Source of the DNA: a virus
Virus record (IMG/VR): IMGVR_UViG_3300018492_000224
Coordinates: 1-37,470 of that record
Strand: one strand, 5' to 3'
DNA length: 37,470 bases
Shown piece after piece: positions 1-8,287 of the stretch. Numbering within the stretch: the first letter of the stretch is position 1; every line of letters starts with the position of its first letter. Made by a program: the position numbers and the translations under genes. Under the pieces are notes generated by a model. That model searched no databases, was not told the DNA's origin, and saw only the letters and a list, made by a program, of their open reading frames with translations.

Positions 1-43
1 AAGAAGTACCGGGAGGAAAACAAAGAAAAGGTAGCTGCTTACA
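1..43. repeat. Terminal direct repeat, left copy (identical to 37428..37470); circular-closure overlap of the contig
   Basis: First 43 nt (aagaagtaccgggaggaaaacaaagaaaaggtagctgcttaca) recur exactly as the last 43 nt. An ORF reads in frame across the junction. Confidence 0.9.
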
Positions 44-156
44 ATAAGAAATACTACGAGGAAAACAAAGAAAAATGGAAGGAGTATAACCAAAAATCTG
101 GACAGAAAGAATCCTCCCTTGCGTTGGCGCGCAGTGTGGGAGGAAAAGAAAAATAA
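1..156 (+). CDS. 3' part of wrap-around gene (5' part at 37272..37470); hypothetical Cys-rich protein with KKYxEENKEK repeats
   Basis: Frame 1 is open from nt 1 to TAA 154-156. It continues the ORF that runs off the right end, giving a joined product of 103 aa. Confidence 0.6.
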   Translation, partial: KKYREENKEKVAAYNKKYYEENKEKWKEYNQKSGQKESSLALARSVGGKEK

Positions 157-197
157 AAATCACTATTATCGTATCAGAAAACAGGAGGAATTGCAAT

Positions 198-431
198 ATG
201 AATAAATTTATTGATTTTACACCAGAAACAGCAGGTGAAGAACATGCCATGTTGGTAGGTCGTTTGGAAGCCTTTGCTGCCTATGTGGTACAGGAGGAAT
301 ACAGCATCAGCAAGGAAATGTGTGCATCTATTCTGGGGTTTGAATTGCCAGAAGAACAGATTGTAAAATTAGAATCCGATGACAAAGATGAGAATTGGTT
401 TGATGAGAATCAGGATGGTGATCTTGCATGA
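198..431 (+). CDS. Small strongly acidic early protein (hypothetical)
   Basis: 77-aa ORF with AGGAGG upstream of the ATG. It has 20 Asp/Glu versus 5 Lys/Arg. Its stop overlaps the next start (ATGA). Confidence 0.6.
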   Translation: MNKFIDFTPETAGEEHAMLVGRLEAFAAYVVQEEYSISKEMCASILGFELPEEQIVKLESDDKDENWFDENQDGDLA

Positions 432-961
432 AAAATGAAGTAAGTGGGCATTGGAAAAAACTTGTTTCAGATCCGAAATATTTGGGTGCTGCCGATTTGG
501 AAGGTATGCCTGAGATTGCTGGAACTATTGCTGCTACAGCAAAAGAAATGGTACAAAACGCTAGCGGAAAAGCTGAAAAAACAGTTTTACATTTTGTAGA
601 AAATATTAAACCGTTGGTTTTGAACGCTACGAATTCTAAGATTATTTCCAAACTTGCTGGAACTCCTATGGTAGAGGGATGGAAAGGCACCAGAATACAG
701 ATTTATTACGATCCAAAGGTTAAATTTGCGGGAGATATGGTCGGTGGTGTCCGTGTTCGCCCATATCCACCACGCGAAGGTATTGGAACTGTTTCAGGTA
801 AACCTGTTCCATGTGAAAACTGCGGAGCAAATATCAAACCATTTGGAAAAATGTCTACAGAACAAGTAGCAGCTCATACTAAAGCGAAGTATGGAAAAGC
901 ATTGTGTTCTGACTGTGCGACTGAATTTGCAGCGAAAAAACAGGAGGTAACTGAAGAATGA
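428..961 (+). CDS. Hypothetical phage protein with C-terminal zinc-ribbon-like motif
   Basis: 177-aa ORF translationally coupled on both sides. CENCG...CSDC pairs lie near the C-terminus. No family recognised. Confidence 0.6.
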   Translation: MKNEVSGHWKKLVSDPKYLGAADLEGMPEIAGTIAATAKEMVQNASGKAEKTVLHFVENIKPLVLNATNSKIISKLAGTPMVEGWKGTRIQIYYDPKVKFAGDMVGGVRVRPYPPREGIGTVSGKPVPCENCGANIKPFGKMSTEQVAAHTKAKYGKALCSDCATEFAAKKQEVTEE

Positions 962-1098
962 AAACAACAAAAATTTACATCAAGAATTTGTTTGGTATCA
1001 CAGAAAAGCAACTGGATGGAAAGTGTAAAGAAAAAGGTCTGCAGTTTATTGCGACTAGAACCACTGATGATGATTGTTTGGAGGTGACTGCACTGTGA
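958..1098 (+). CDS. Small hypothetical protein (46 aa)
   Basis: Not in the ORF track (<60 aa). Sequence MKTTKIYIKNLFGITEKQLDGKCKEKGLQFIATRTTDDDCLEVTAL. It has an ATGA overlap with the upstream stop and a GTGA overlap with the downstream start, and it fills an otherwise empty gap. Confidence 0.4.
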   Translation: MKTTKIYIKNLFGITEKQLDGKCKEKGLQFIATRTTDDDCLEVTAL

Positions 1099-1859
1099 TT
1101 TTAACAAATGAAAACTATTTTTCCACAGAAGCAAATATGGAGTATATGAGCGTATCCCAGTTCAAAGCATTTGAAAGCTGTGAGGCAGCAGCCTTGGCAG
1201 AAGCAAAAGGCGAGTACCAAAGAGAGGAAACTACTTCTCTGCTGGTTGGCAAATATGTAGATGCACACTTTGAGGGAACGTTGGATGTATTCAAAGCACA
1301 ACATCCAGATATTTTTACCAAATCCGGTACATTGAAATCAGACTATCGCAGGGCAGAAGAAATCATCAACCGAATTGAGAGTGATCCAGCATTTATGGAT
1401 ATGCTCTCTGGTGAAAAACAGGTTATTAAAACAGGCATTATTGATGGAATTCCTGTAAAAATCAAAATTGATGCGTATTTTCCCGGAGAAAAGATTGTTG
1501 ATTTGAAAATCATGAAAGATTTTTCTCCAATTTGGAAAGACGGTCAAAAAATGCCTTGGTTTGCCGCATGGGGATACGATCTTCAGGGAGCTATTTATCA
1601 GGAAATTGAAGGAAATAAGCTTCCCTTCTATCTGGCGGCTGCATCTAAAGAGCCTGTAACAGATATACAGGGTTTACATATCCCTCAAGAGTATCTGGAT
1701 GAACGTATGGAATATTTCCGTGGAATGTTGCCTAGATATGCAGCCATCAAGAGGGGAGAGATTGAACCAACACGATGTGAGCACTGTGACTACTGTAAGT
1801 CTACGAAAAAATTCCATGTGGTGGATGCAGCCGATCTTTATTATGACATGGAGGACTGA
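1095..1859 (+). CDS. PD-(D/E)XK nuclease, Cas4/RecB-like (putative recombination exonuclease)
   Basis: Motifs IDAYF, VDLKIMKD (D-x-K) and QGAIYQ (QxxxY). One N-terminal Cys (FESCEAA) plus a C-terminal CEHCDYC cluster, as in Cas4-type Fe-S nucleases. GTG 1095 is preferred over the track start 1074 because GGAGGTG lies about 8 nt upstream. Confidence 0.7.
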   Translation: MILTNENYFSTEANMEYMSVSQFKAFESCEAAALAEAKGEYQREETTSLLVGKYVDAHFEGTLDVFKAQHPDIFTKSGTLKSDYRRAEEIINRIESDPAFMDMLSGEKQVIKTGIIDGIPVKIKIDAYFPGEKIVDLKIMKDFSPIWKDGQKMPWFAAWGYDLQGAIYQEIEGNKLPFYLAAASKEPVTDIQGLHIPQEYLDERMEYFRGMLPRYAAIKRGEIEPTRCEHCDYCKSTKKFHVVDAADLYYDMED

Positions 1860-1861
1860 GT

Positions 1862-2278
1862 ATGAACAAAATCACATTATTAGGGCGTTTGGTTCGTGAT
1901 CCTGAAATCAGGTATTCCAATAGCGCAAATCCAACTGCGATTGCAAGATATACATTGGCAGTTAAACGCGAATATTCAAAGGAAGGACAGCAGGATACCG
2001 ACTTTATTGATTGTGTAGCTTTTGGGAAAAGTGCGGAACTTGCGGAAAAATGGATTACAAAAGGAAAGCAGATACTGATTGCTGGGACCTTACAAATTCG
2101 ACTGTATGATGATAAGGAAGGCAATAAAAGAAAAGCTACTGAAGTCATTATTGAAAAGCAATATTTTGTTGGAAGCAAATCTGACACTGGGGAAACTCAT
2201 CCTTCTGCTGAAGGACAGTCGAATAACGGATTCTATCCAATCAATGAAAGTTTGGAGGATGAGGACCTTCCATTCTGA
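1862..2278 (+). CDS. ssb: Single-stranded DNA-binding protein
   Basis: N-terminal OB-fold signature MNKITLLGRLVRDPEIRYS...ARYTLAV...DFIDCVAFGK...LIAGTLQ, and the acidic C-terminal tail ending DEDLPF that is typical of bacterial/phage SSB. Confidence 0.9.
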   Translation: MNKITLLGRLVRDPEIRYSNSANPTAIARYTLAVKREYSKEGQQDTDFIDCVAFGKSAELAEKWITKGKQILIAGTLQIRLYDDKEGNKRKATEVIIEKQYFVGSKSDTGETHPSAEGQSNNGFYPINESLEDEDLPF

Positions 2279-2293
2279 TTGGGGGAATGAACC

Positions 2294-2722
2294 GTGATTT
2301 ATGTAGATACAAGAGAAAAGAAAAATGAGCATATTATCAGGTATTTTGAAAAAAATGGAATTTGCTATGAAAGAAAGAAACTTGATGTATGTGATTATAC
2401 ATCTGGAACAGGTGTATGGATTGAACGAAAACAAAATCTCTTGGAATTGGCAGGAAACATTACAAAAGAAAATGGCAGAAGAATCAAGGCGGAATTCGAA
2501 AGAGTTCCGCCAGAATCTACAGTATATGTTTTGATTGAAGAAAAAATCAGTTGTCTGGAAGATGTACAGAATTGGTCGAGTAAGCATTCGAAACTGTTTG
2601 GGGCTACACTTTACCGTTATATGGTTAGCTATCAGAAGCGCCATAATCTGAAATATATCTTCTGCCATAAAAATAGTACTGGCAGAATCATTGCAGAATT
2701 GCTTGGAGAAAGGAGGCGGTAA
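2294..2722 (+). CDS. ERCC4-type nuclease (putative junction resolvase)
   Basis: Motifs YVDTRE, CDYT and IERK match the ERCC4/Mus81-XPF catalytic pattern (D-x-R-E ... GDY ... ERK). GTG start has GGGGGA upstream. Confidence 0.6.
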   Translation: MIYVDTREKKNEHIIRYFEKNGICYERKKLDVCDYTSGTGVWIERKQNLLELAGNITKENGRRIKAEFERVPPESTVYVLIEEKISCLEDVQNWSSKHSKLFGATLYRYMVSYQKRHNLKYIFCHKNSTGRIIAELLGERRR

Positions 2723-2724
2723 GC

Positions 2725-4545
2725 TTGGAATTCAGAGAATATACCAAAGAAGATTTTCTGGAAACAACAGAGCCTTATGAGGTCGTTTACCGCTATCGGG
2801 ACAATAATTTTGTATTTATCCAAGCTATTGAGCAAATGACGGCAATCGCCAATGCAGTAAAGGTAAGAAATTTCAAGGCACTATTCAAAGAATATTGCAA
2901 GTCTATGGGCAATCAGGGGCGTGCTATCAAAAACGCCACCAATTTTTCCGGGCAGCCCATAGAGCTGGACTGCGGCAACTGGATCGCCGATGATGACGGC
3001 ATCCGGGTGGAAACAGAAATGGGGGAGATGTTGGCATGCATCCACCCCATCTTGCCCACCAAGCGTCTGGTCAATATCGACAACAATACGGAAAAGCTGA
3101 AGATCGAATACAAAAAAGGCAATTTCTGGCGGTCGTTGATAGAAAGCAAGCGAACCCTTGCCAGTGCGTCCCAGATTCTTGATCTGGCGGAGCGTGGTGT
3201 GGCAGTGAACAGCGAGAACGCCAGACTTCTGGTGCGGTATCTCCATGATGCGGAAAATCTCAACTATGAGCGCATTGAGGAGGTCAGCAGCATTGGTCGT
3301 TTGGGCTGGGTAAAAGGCTATGGTTTTTCGCCTTATGTGGAGCATTTGGAGTTTGACGGGGATGTGTCCTGCAAGAACTTTTTTGACAGTGTAAAACAAG
3401 TGGGAGATTTTACCCAGTGGCTGGAAATGGCTCTGGATGTCCGAAAAAACAGCCTTTATGGGCGCCTGCTCATTGCGGCGAGTCTTTCCTCAGTGTTGGT
3501 GCAGCCATTGAACTGTCTGCCCTTTTTTGTCCATTTCTGGGGCGGTACAGAGGCGGGGAAAACCGTTGGTTTGATGCTTGCCGCTTCCCTTTGGGCAGAC
3601 CCACGACCAGGACGGTACATCCAGACATTCAACAGCACTGCTGTCGGAAAGGAAAGATCAGCGGCGTTTGTTTACAACTTGCCACTGATCATGGACGAAT
3701 TGCAGATTGCTTCCAGTCGGGAAAGTTTCGACCAGGAGATATACAAGCTGTCAGAAGGTGTCGGCAAGACCAGAGGGAATAAAGCCGGCGGTGTGGATGA
3801 AACGCCTACATGGTGCAACTGCATCCTCACCAACGGGGAAATGCCCATTACAGGGGTTTCCAGCGGTGGTGGGGCGGTGAACCGTATCATTGAGGTGGAA
3901 TGTACCACAGCATTATTTGCTGACCCCAAGCATGTGGCAGATACTTGTCTGCAGAATTTTGGCTTTGCTGGAAGGTATTTTGTAGAATGGCTGGAACGGA
4001 ATGACCCTAGCTTTACGACAGCAGCGCAGCTTTACAAAATCTATTCCAAAGAACTGGAACAAATGGACACTACAGGAAAACAGTCCATGGCAATGGCACT
4101 GATACTGGCAGCGGATTTTCTGGCGGAACAAGCCATATTCCATGACGGGCTGGCACTGAAGCCACAGGACGTGAAACCCTTCCTGAAATCCAAAAAAGAT
4201 GTGTCTGTGAATGAACGAGCTTATGAATACATCCGTGAAACCTTGGCAGCCAACAAAAAGAAATTCGATGATGATGACGACATCATGGAATGCTGGGGTA
4301 TGGTGGATGATACTTATTTTTATGTGATCAAGAGTCGTTTTGAGAAAATCTGCGTGGAAGCTGGATACAGTGCAAAATCATTGCTCAGCTGGATGAAACA
4401 GACAGGGAAAATCGAGGTTAGCAAGGGATATACCAAGACAAAACGAATCAATGGCGAAGCAGTCCATTGTATCTGGGTAATCAAAGACCCAGATGGACAG
4501 TTACAGTTGGAGGATGTTCCAGACAGTGAGGAATGTCCATTTTAA
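2725..4545 (+). CDS. DUF927-type P-loop NTPase (putative replicative helicase, SF3-like)
   Basis: Walker A GGTEAGKT within FWGGTEAGKTVGLMLAASLWADP, and Walker B LIMDELQ. Downstream IYKLSEGVGKTRG...ILTNGE resembles the DUF927 / phage-plasmid primase C-terminal region. TTG start lies 8 nt after AGGAGG. Confidence 0.7.
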   Translation: MEFREYTKEDFLETTEPYEVVYRYRDNNFVFIQAIEQMTAIANAVKVRNFKALFKEYCKSMGNQGRAIKNATNFSGQPIELDCGNWIADDDGIRVETEMGEMLACIHPILPTKRLVNIDNNTEKLKIEYKKGNFWRSLIESKRTLASASQILDLAERGVAVNSENARLLVRYLHDAENLNYERIEEVSSIGRLGWVKGYGFSPYVEHLEFDGDVSCKNFFDSVKQVGDFTQWLEMALDVRKNSLYGRLLIAASLSSVLVQPLNCLPFFVHFWGGTEAGKTVGLMLAASLWADPRPGRYIQTFNSTAVGKERSAAFVYNLPLIMDELQIASSRESFDQEIYKLSEGVGKTRGNKAGGVDETPTWCNCILTNGEMPITGVSSGGGAVNRIIEVECTTALFADPKHVADTCLQNFGFAGRYFVEWLERNDPSFTTAAQLYKIYSKELEQMDTTGKQSMAMALILAADFLAEQAIFHDGLALKPQDVKPFLKSKKDVSVNERAYEYIRETLAANKKKFDDDDDIMECWGMVDDTYFYVIKSRFEKICVEAGYSAKSLLSWMKQTGKIEVSKGYTKTKRINGEAVHCIWVIKDPDGQLQLEDVPDSEECPF

Positions 4546-4890
4546 CCGATGTGCGACTTTTGGAGTATGTAAAAAATCATGTGCGAAAAAATCAAATCTT
4601 CTGTTTTCCTTGAAATTTCAATGTTTTTCATTGTTTTGGTTTTGGAAATGTGCGAATGTGCGACATGTGCGACGTTTTACACACACCTTATATATAGGAG
4701 TATATATACAAGATAGTTATATACACGTTTCTACGTATGCGAGGTATGTAAAAATTGTCGCACAAGTTGCACAACAGAAAAAAACATTGAGAAAAGCCAA
4801 TAAAATCAAGGGTTTTGGATGTGCGATTATTTTTCGCACAAATTCGCACAAAATACAAAAAGTCGCACAAATCCACAGATGGAGGACAGT
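4546..4890. repeat. Putative origin of replication: iteron array flanking an AT-rich core
   Basis: TGTGCGA(C/A/T) at 4550, 4580, 4649, 4657, 4666 and 4820. Reverse form (G/T)TCGCACA at 4757, 4833, 4843 and 4862, plus a degenerate copy at 4766. A TATATA-rich core lies at about 4688-4733. The array is immediately downstream of the helicase gene. Confidence 0.6.
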
Positions 4891-5247
4891 ATGGTAAAGA
4901 TAGAAACGAAAGAACAGGCAGAAAAGTTTCTGACGCTCATTGGACGCAGAGGAAAGGCGTTAAAGCAGGGACGAGATGCAATTGTCAATTATCAGAAAAC
5001 ATTTGATGAAATCAATTTGCAGATTCGGAAACATCTGCTGGCATATATGTTTTATCGGATATTTGATAACCAGATGCCCAATGAACCCAATCTCATTGCC
5101 ATCTGGCTGCGAGTAGAGGAAAAAGGACTGATGCGGGATTTGGCACGGACAATCCTTAACGGTGATCGGGAATGGTTTGAAATCATTTGCCAGAAGATCA
5201 GAGAAGTGGCGGATGAGGTGCTGAAGAAGGAGGTTGGTAAGAAATGA
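4891..5247 (+). CDS. Hypothetical protein
   Basis: ATG 4891 lies 5 nt after GGAGG (4881-4885). The track start 4819 falls inside the iteron array and is rejected. Stop overlaps the methyltransferase start. Confidence 0.6.
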   Translation: MVKIETKEQAEKFLTLIGRRGKALKQGRDAIVNYQKTFDEINLQIRKHLLAYMFYRIFDNQMPNEPNLIAIWLRVEEKGLMRDLARTILNGDREWFEIICQKIREVADEVLKKEVGKK

Positions 5248-7076
5248 AACAAATCAATTTATTAGAAGAATTGATTGTTGATAATTTTGCAGGAGGAGGT
5301 GGTGCCTCTACCGGCATTGAGCTTGCCACTGGACGCCCAGTGGATATTGCCATAAACCATGACCCAGATGCCATTGCTATGCACAAGGCGAACCACCCTT
5401 ACACCACACATTATTGTGAATCGGTTTGGGATGTGGACCCGAAGAAAGTGTGCAGAGGAAGAAAGGTAGGGCTTGCCTGGTTTTCGCCGGACTGCAAGCA
5501 TTTTTCAAAAGCAAAGGGTGGTAAACCTGTTGACAAGAATATTCGTGGGCTGGCATGGATCGTGCTGAAATGGGCTGGTACGGTGCGTCCAAGAGTAATC
5601 ATTCTGGAAAATGTGGAGGAATTCCAAACATGGGGACCTGTGAGAAAAGGAAAACCAGTCAAAAGCAGAGCGGGAGAAACATTTCGGAAATGGAAAGAGC
5701 AGCTGGAAAGCCTTGGGTACTGCATAGAGCACAGGGAACTGGTAGCGGCAGATTATGGAGCGCCTACCATACGGAAACGATTCTTTCTGATTGCACGATG
5801 TGACGGAAAGCCTATTGTATTTCCGGAAAAGACGCATGCGCCGGCAGGCAGTGAAGAAGTGAAAGAAGGCAGGAAAAAACCATGGAGAAGTGCGGCTGAG
5901 GTCATAGACTGGTCCCTGCCATGTCCTTCTATTTTTGATACATCAGCAGAAATCAAAGAAAAATACGGTATTCGTGCGGTGCGTCCGCTGGCAGAGAATA
6001 CCATAAAAAGAATTATCAGAGGATTTGACAAGTTTGTATTAAATACCTCTGCGCCATTTTTGGTTATGGTAAATCATACGGGAGAGTTCAGGGGACGGGA
6101 AATAACAGATCCGGTGCAGACTGTCACAGCAAAGAACGGATATGGATTGGTATCACCGATTTTGGAGCCATATTCGATTTGGACGGTTTCCAATACCAGC
6201 AATGCGACAGGACATGCCGCAGATTCCCCCTTAGATACCATACGGACAGGCGGCGGAGGTGGACAGATGCTTCTTTCTGCGGCAATGACAGCCATAGGAC
6301 AAACGGGTTTCTCAAAAGATCGTTCTTATAGCGTAGAAGAACCTGTCAGAACAACGGTTTCCAAAGCAGAGCAATGCTTACTGATGCCTTCACTGGTACA
6401 GTATCACACAGAACAGTCAGAAAAAGCGAGAGGGCAGAAAGTAACAGAACCGCTGATGACACTGGATGCATCCAACCGTTATGGAGTGACAGCGGTTCAC
6501 ATGGAAAAATTTTATAGCGGTGGATACACAGGATGTGGAAGTTCTGCAAAAGAGCCGCTGGGAACAATTACAGCGGTAGATCATAATGGAATATTAGCAA
6601 CATTTTTATCAAAGTTCTATAAAACTGGAATAGGACAAGAAATATCAGATCCACTTCATACTGTTACAACGTCCCCAGGACATTTCGGTTTAACCATTGT
6701 CAAATTGGAGAGAGAAAATACAGATTTGGGGCATTGGAATGAAGTCAGAGAATTACTCAATCGATATGCTGACTACAAAATCGGATGTGATGAAATCCTG
6801 CTGATTTCCATAAAAAATCAAAAATACTTTATCAGTGATATTGGACTGCGTATGCTCACACCGAAAGAGTTATATGCGGCAAATGGATTTCCTGAGGATT
6901 ATATTATCGATAAGGATTGTGACGGAAAAACCTATGGAAAGACAAAGCAGGTGGCGAGATGCGGCAATGCAGTACCGCCGCCGTTTGCGGAAGCACTTGT
7001 CCGGGCAAATCTGCCGGAAATGTGCGGAGAGAAAATTGGAAGTATGGAAATGTTGAAGAAAATTATGGTTGGATAA
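5244..7076 (+). CDS. DNA (cytosine-5)-methyltransferase, orphan, with enlarged variable region
   Basis: Motif I DNFAGGGG, motif IV variant FSPDCKHFS, motif VI ILENV, motif VIII APTIRKRFFLIA, and motifs IX/X RMLTPKELYAANGFPEDY and GNAVPPPFAEAL. No restriction endonuclease gene is adjacent. Confidence 0.85.
   Translation: MKQINLLEELIVDNFAGGGGASTGIELATGRPVDIAINHDPDAIAMHKANHPYTTHYCESVWDVDPKKVCRGRKVGLAWFSPDCKHFSKAKGGKPVDKNIRGLAWIVLKWAGTVRPRVIILENVEEFQTWGPVRKGKPVKSRAGETFRKWKEQLESLGYCIEHRELVAADYGAPTIRKRFFLIARCDGKPIVFPEKTHAPAGSEEVKEGRKKPWRSAAEVIDWSLPCPSIFDTSAEIKEKYGIRAVRPLAENTIKRIIRGFDKFVLNTSAPFLVMVNHTGEFRGREITDPVQTVTAKNGYGLVSPILEPYSIWTVSNTSNATGHAADSPLDTIRTGGGGGQMLLSAAMTAIGQTGFSKDRSYSVEEPVRTTVSKAEQCLLMPSLVQYHTEQSEKARGQKVTEPLMTLDASNRYGVTAVHMEKFYSGGYTGCGSSAKEPLGTITAVDHNGILATFLSKFYKTGIGQEISDPLHTVTTSPGHFGLTIVKLERENTDLGHWNEVRELLNRYADYKIGCDEILLISIKNQKYFISDIGLRMLTPKELYAANGFPEDYIIDKDCDGKTYGKTKQVARCGNAVPPPFAEALVRANLPEMCGEKIGSMEMLKKIMVG
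6102..6692 (+). repeat. Six tandem TRD-like modules inside the methyltransferase
   Basis: Protein repeats TDPVQTVTAKNGYGLV, DSPLDTIRTGGGGGQMLL, EEPVRTTVSKAEQCLL, TEPLMTLDASNRYGVT, KEPLGTITAVDHNGIL and SDPLHTVTTSPGHFGL, spaced 31-40 aa apart between motifs VIII and IX. Confidence 0.6.
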
Positions 7077-7211
7077 GGAGAACTGTATAATGTCAAATCG
7101 GATATTTTTGAGAAAAGCTATGTGAGGGTGATGGAATGAAATTAACTGATTGCACTAAATCAGAGTTGATATGGGTGAAGCGATTGATCTGGAAAGTTAG
7201 GAGTGGATGCT

Positions 7212-7604
7212 ATGAGAGAGATTTTGTTTAAGGCGAAACGGTTGGATACTGGCGAATGGGTAGAGGGATATCCTTTTCCTTCTATCGCTGGAAAAGAAAT
7301 GAACCGAATGACTGTTTTTGAACCATTTCCGGGTGGAACGGTTGTAAATACTTATAAGATAGACCCATCCACGGTTTGCCAGTACATAGGATTGAAAGAT
7401 AAAAATGGCGTCAAAATTTTCGAGGGGGATATTATTTCAATAATTGGCAGCAAAAAACCTGGAATCCCTGCGGCTGTAAAATATTTTTCTGAACAATGTC
7501 AATTTGTAATTGATAGAGGTGCGTACAACCCTATTTGGATGAATGAATTTACCCCAGAAAAAGATTTTGAAGTCATCGGAAACATTCACGATAAGGAGGA
7601 GTGA
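7212..7604 (+). CDS. YopX-family phage protein
   Basis: MREILFKAKRLDTGEWVEGY ... QYIGLKDKNGVKIFEGDII matches the conserved YopX pattern. ATG 7212 lies 9 nt after AGGAG. Confidence 0.7.
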   Translation: MREILFKAKRLDTGEWVEGYPFPSIAGKEMNRMTVFEPFPGGTVVNTYKIDPSTVCQYIGLKDKNGVKIFEGDIISIIGSKKPGIPAAVKYFSEQCQFVIDRGAYNPIWMNEFTPEKDFEVIGNIHDKEE

Positions 7605-7606
7605 CC

Positions 7607-7882
7607 ATGATGGTAAATAAAAATTCGACTTTTTGTGTGTATATGACACCTTGTAATTATTGTTCGAAGTTTGATAAGCCTTGCAATGAGGCATGTGATG
7701 ACAAGGGGAAACTTAAAAAAGCAGAAGTCCCTGCAGGTAGTGAAGCACCTGATAAAATGCTTAGCCCAGCCGGAGAGTATGCTGTTACGTTTGCCCGTAA
7801 CCATGGCATGAGTATTGCTGCAGCTATGGAACATCCTATGGTAAAAGCAAGGTTTGAAGTATTCAATAAAACGGGATGGTGA
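7607..7882 (+). CDS. Hypothetical protein (Cys-rich N-terminus)
   Basis: ATG 7607 lies about 6 nt after TAAGGAGGAG and overlaps the upstream stop region. Confidence 0.5.
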   Translation: MMVNKNSTFCVYMTPCNYCSKFDKPCNEACDDKGKLKKAEVPAGSEAPDKMLSPAGEYAVTFARNHGMSIAAAMEHPMVKARFEVFNKTGW

Positions 7883-7886
7883 TAAA

Positions 7887-8078
7887 ATGAAATTAAGTGA
7901 AGCAGTTGCAATTTTTTGCAACATCTATAACAGTCAAGAAAGTAACGCCGAAAAAATGGAGGCTATAAGTATTGTTGTTAAAAACGGTATGCCGTTTAAC
8001 AGCATAACGAAACAGGAATATGTGAACGCTTTGCAGTGGATTTTTGAAAACTACGAAGTGGATGACAAGGAGGACTGA
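7887..8078 (+). CDS. Hypothetical protein
   Basis: ATG 7887 follows GGTGA. The track start 7854 lies inside the previous gene. Confidence 0.45.
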   Translation: MKLSEAVAIFCNIYNSQESNAEKMEAISIVVKNGMPFNSITKQEYVNALQWIFENYEVDDKED

Positions 8079-8080
8079 AT

Positions 8081-8287
8081 ATGGACGAACTCAGCCGCAA
8101 TGGCAACGGATACCATGACCCGACTGCGTCGCCGGTTTTACATGCCATACATAAACGAGAAATGGAAGCCGATGAAGATGCCAACCGCATCATCAGACTA
8201 ATCAAAGATTTATTGCGTATCTGTGATTTTGATCTTATTGAGCGTATCCAGATCCGGCATAAACCAACAGGGAGGGAATACCGATGA
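8081..8287 (+). CDS. Hypothetical protein
   Basis: 68-aa ORF with AAGGAGG upstream and an ATGA overlap with the next gene. Confidence 0.5.
   Translation: MDELSRNGNGYHDPTASPVLHAIHKREMEADEDANRIIRLIKDLLRICDFDLIERIQIRHKPTGREYR

Noticed and set aside
1-43. Terminal 43-bp repeat as attL/attR core or physical DTR/cos end
   Set aside because: A gene reads in frame across the junction and no bacterial flank is present. The simplest reading is an assembly overlap of a circular molecule. Real termini cannot be inferred from this sequence alone.
4546-4890. Repeat cluster considered as a possible CRISPR array
   Set aside because: The repeats are only 8 nt, irregularly spaced (some contiguous) and present in both orientations. 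No cas genes are present. The pattern fits iterons, not CRISPR.
4493-5006. ORFs 4493..4897, 4688..4876(-) and 4815..5006 in the helicase-downstream gap
   Set aside because: Their sequence is made of the TGTGCGA iterons and the TATATA core, and they have no SD. The real downstream gene starts at ATG 4891 behind GGAGG.
7077-7211. Mini-ORFs in the gap after the methyltransferase (11 aa from ATG 7091; 31 aa MKLTDCTKSELIWV... from ATG 7137)
   Set aside because: They are very short, and the second overlaps the YopX start region. No promoter, terminator or conservation argument is available from the sequence alone.
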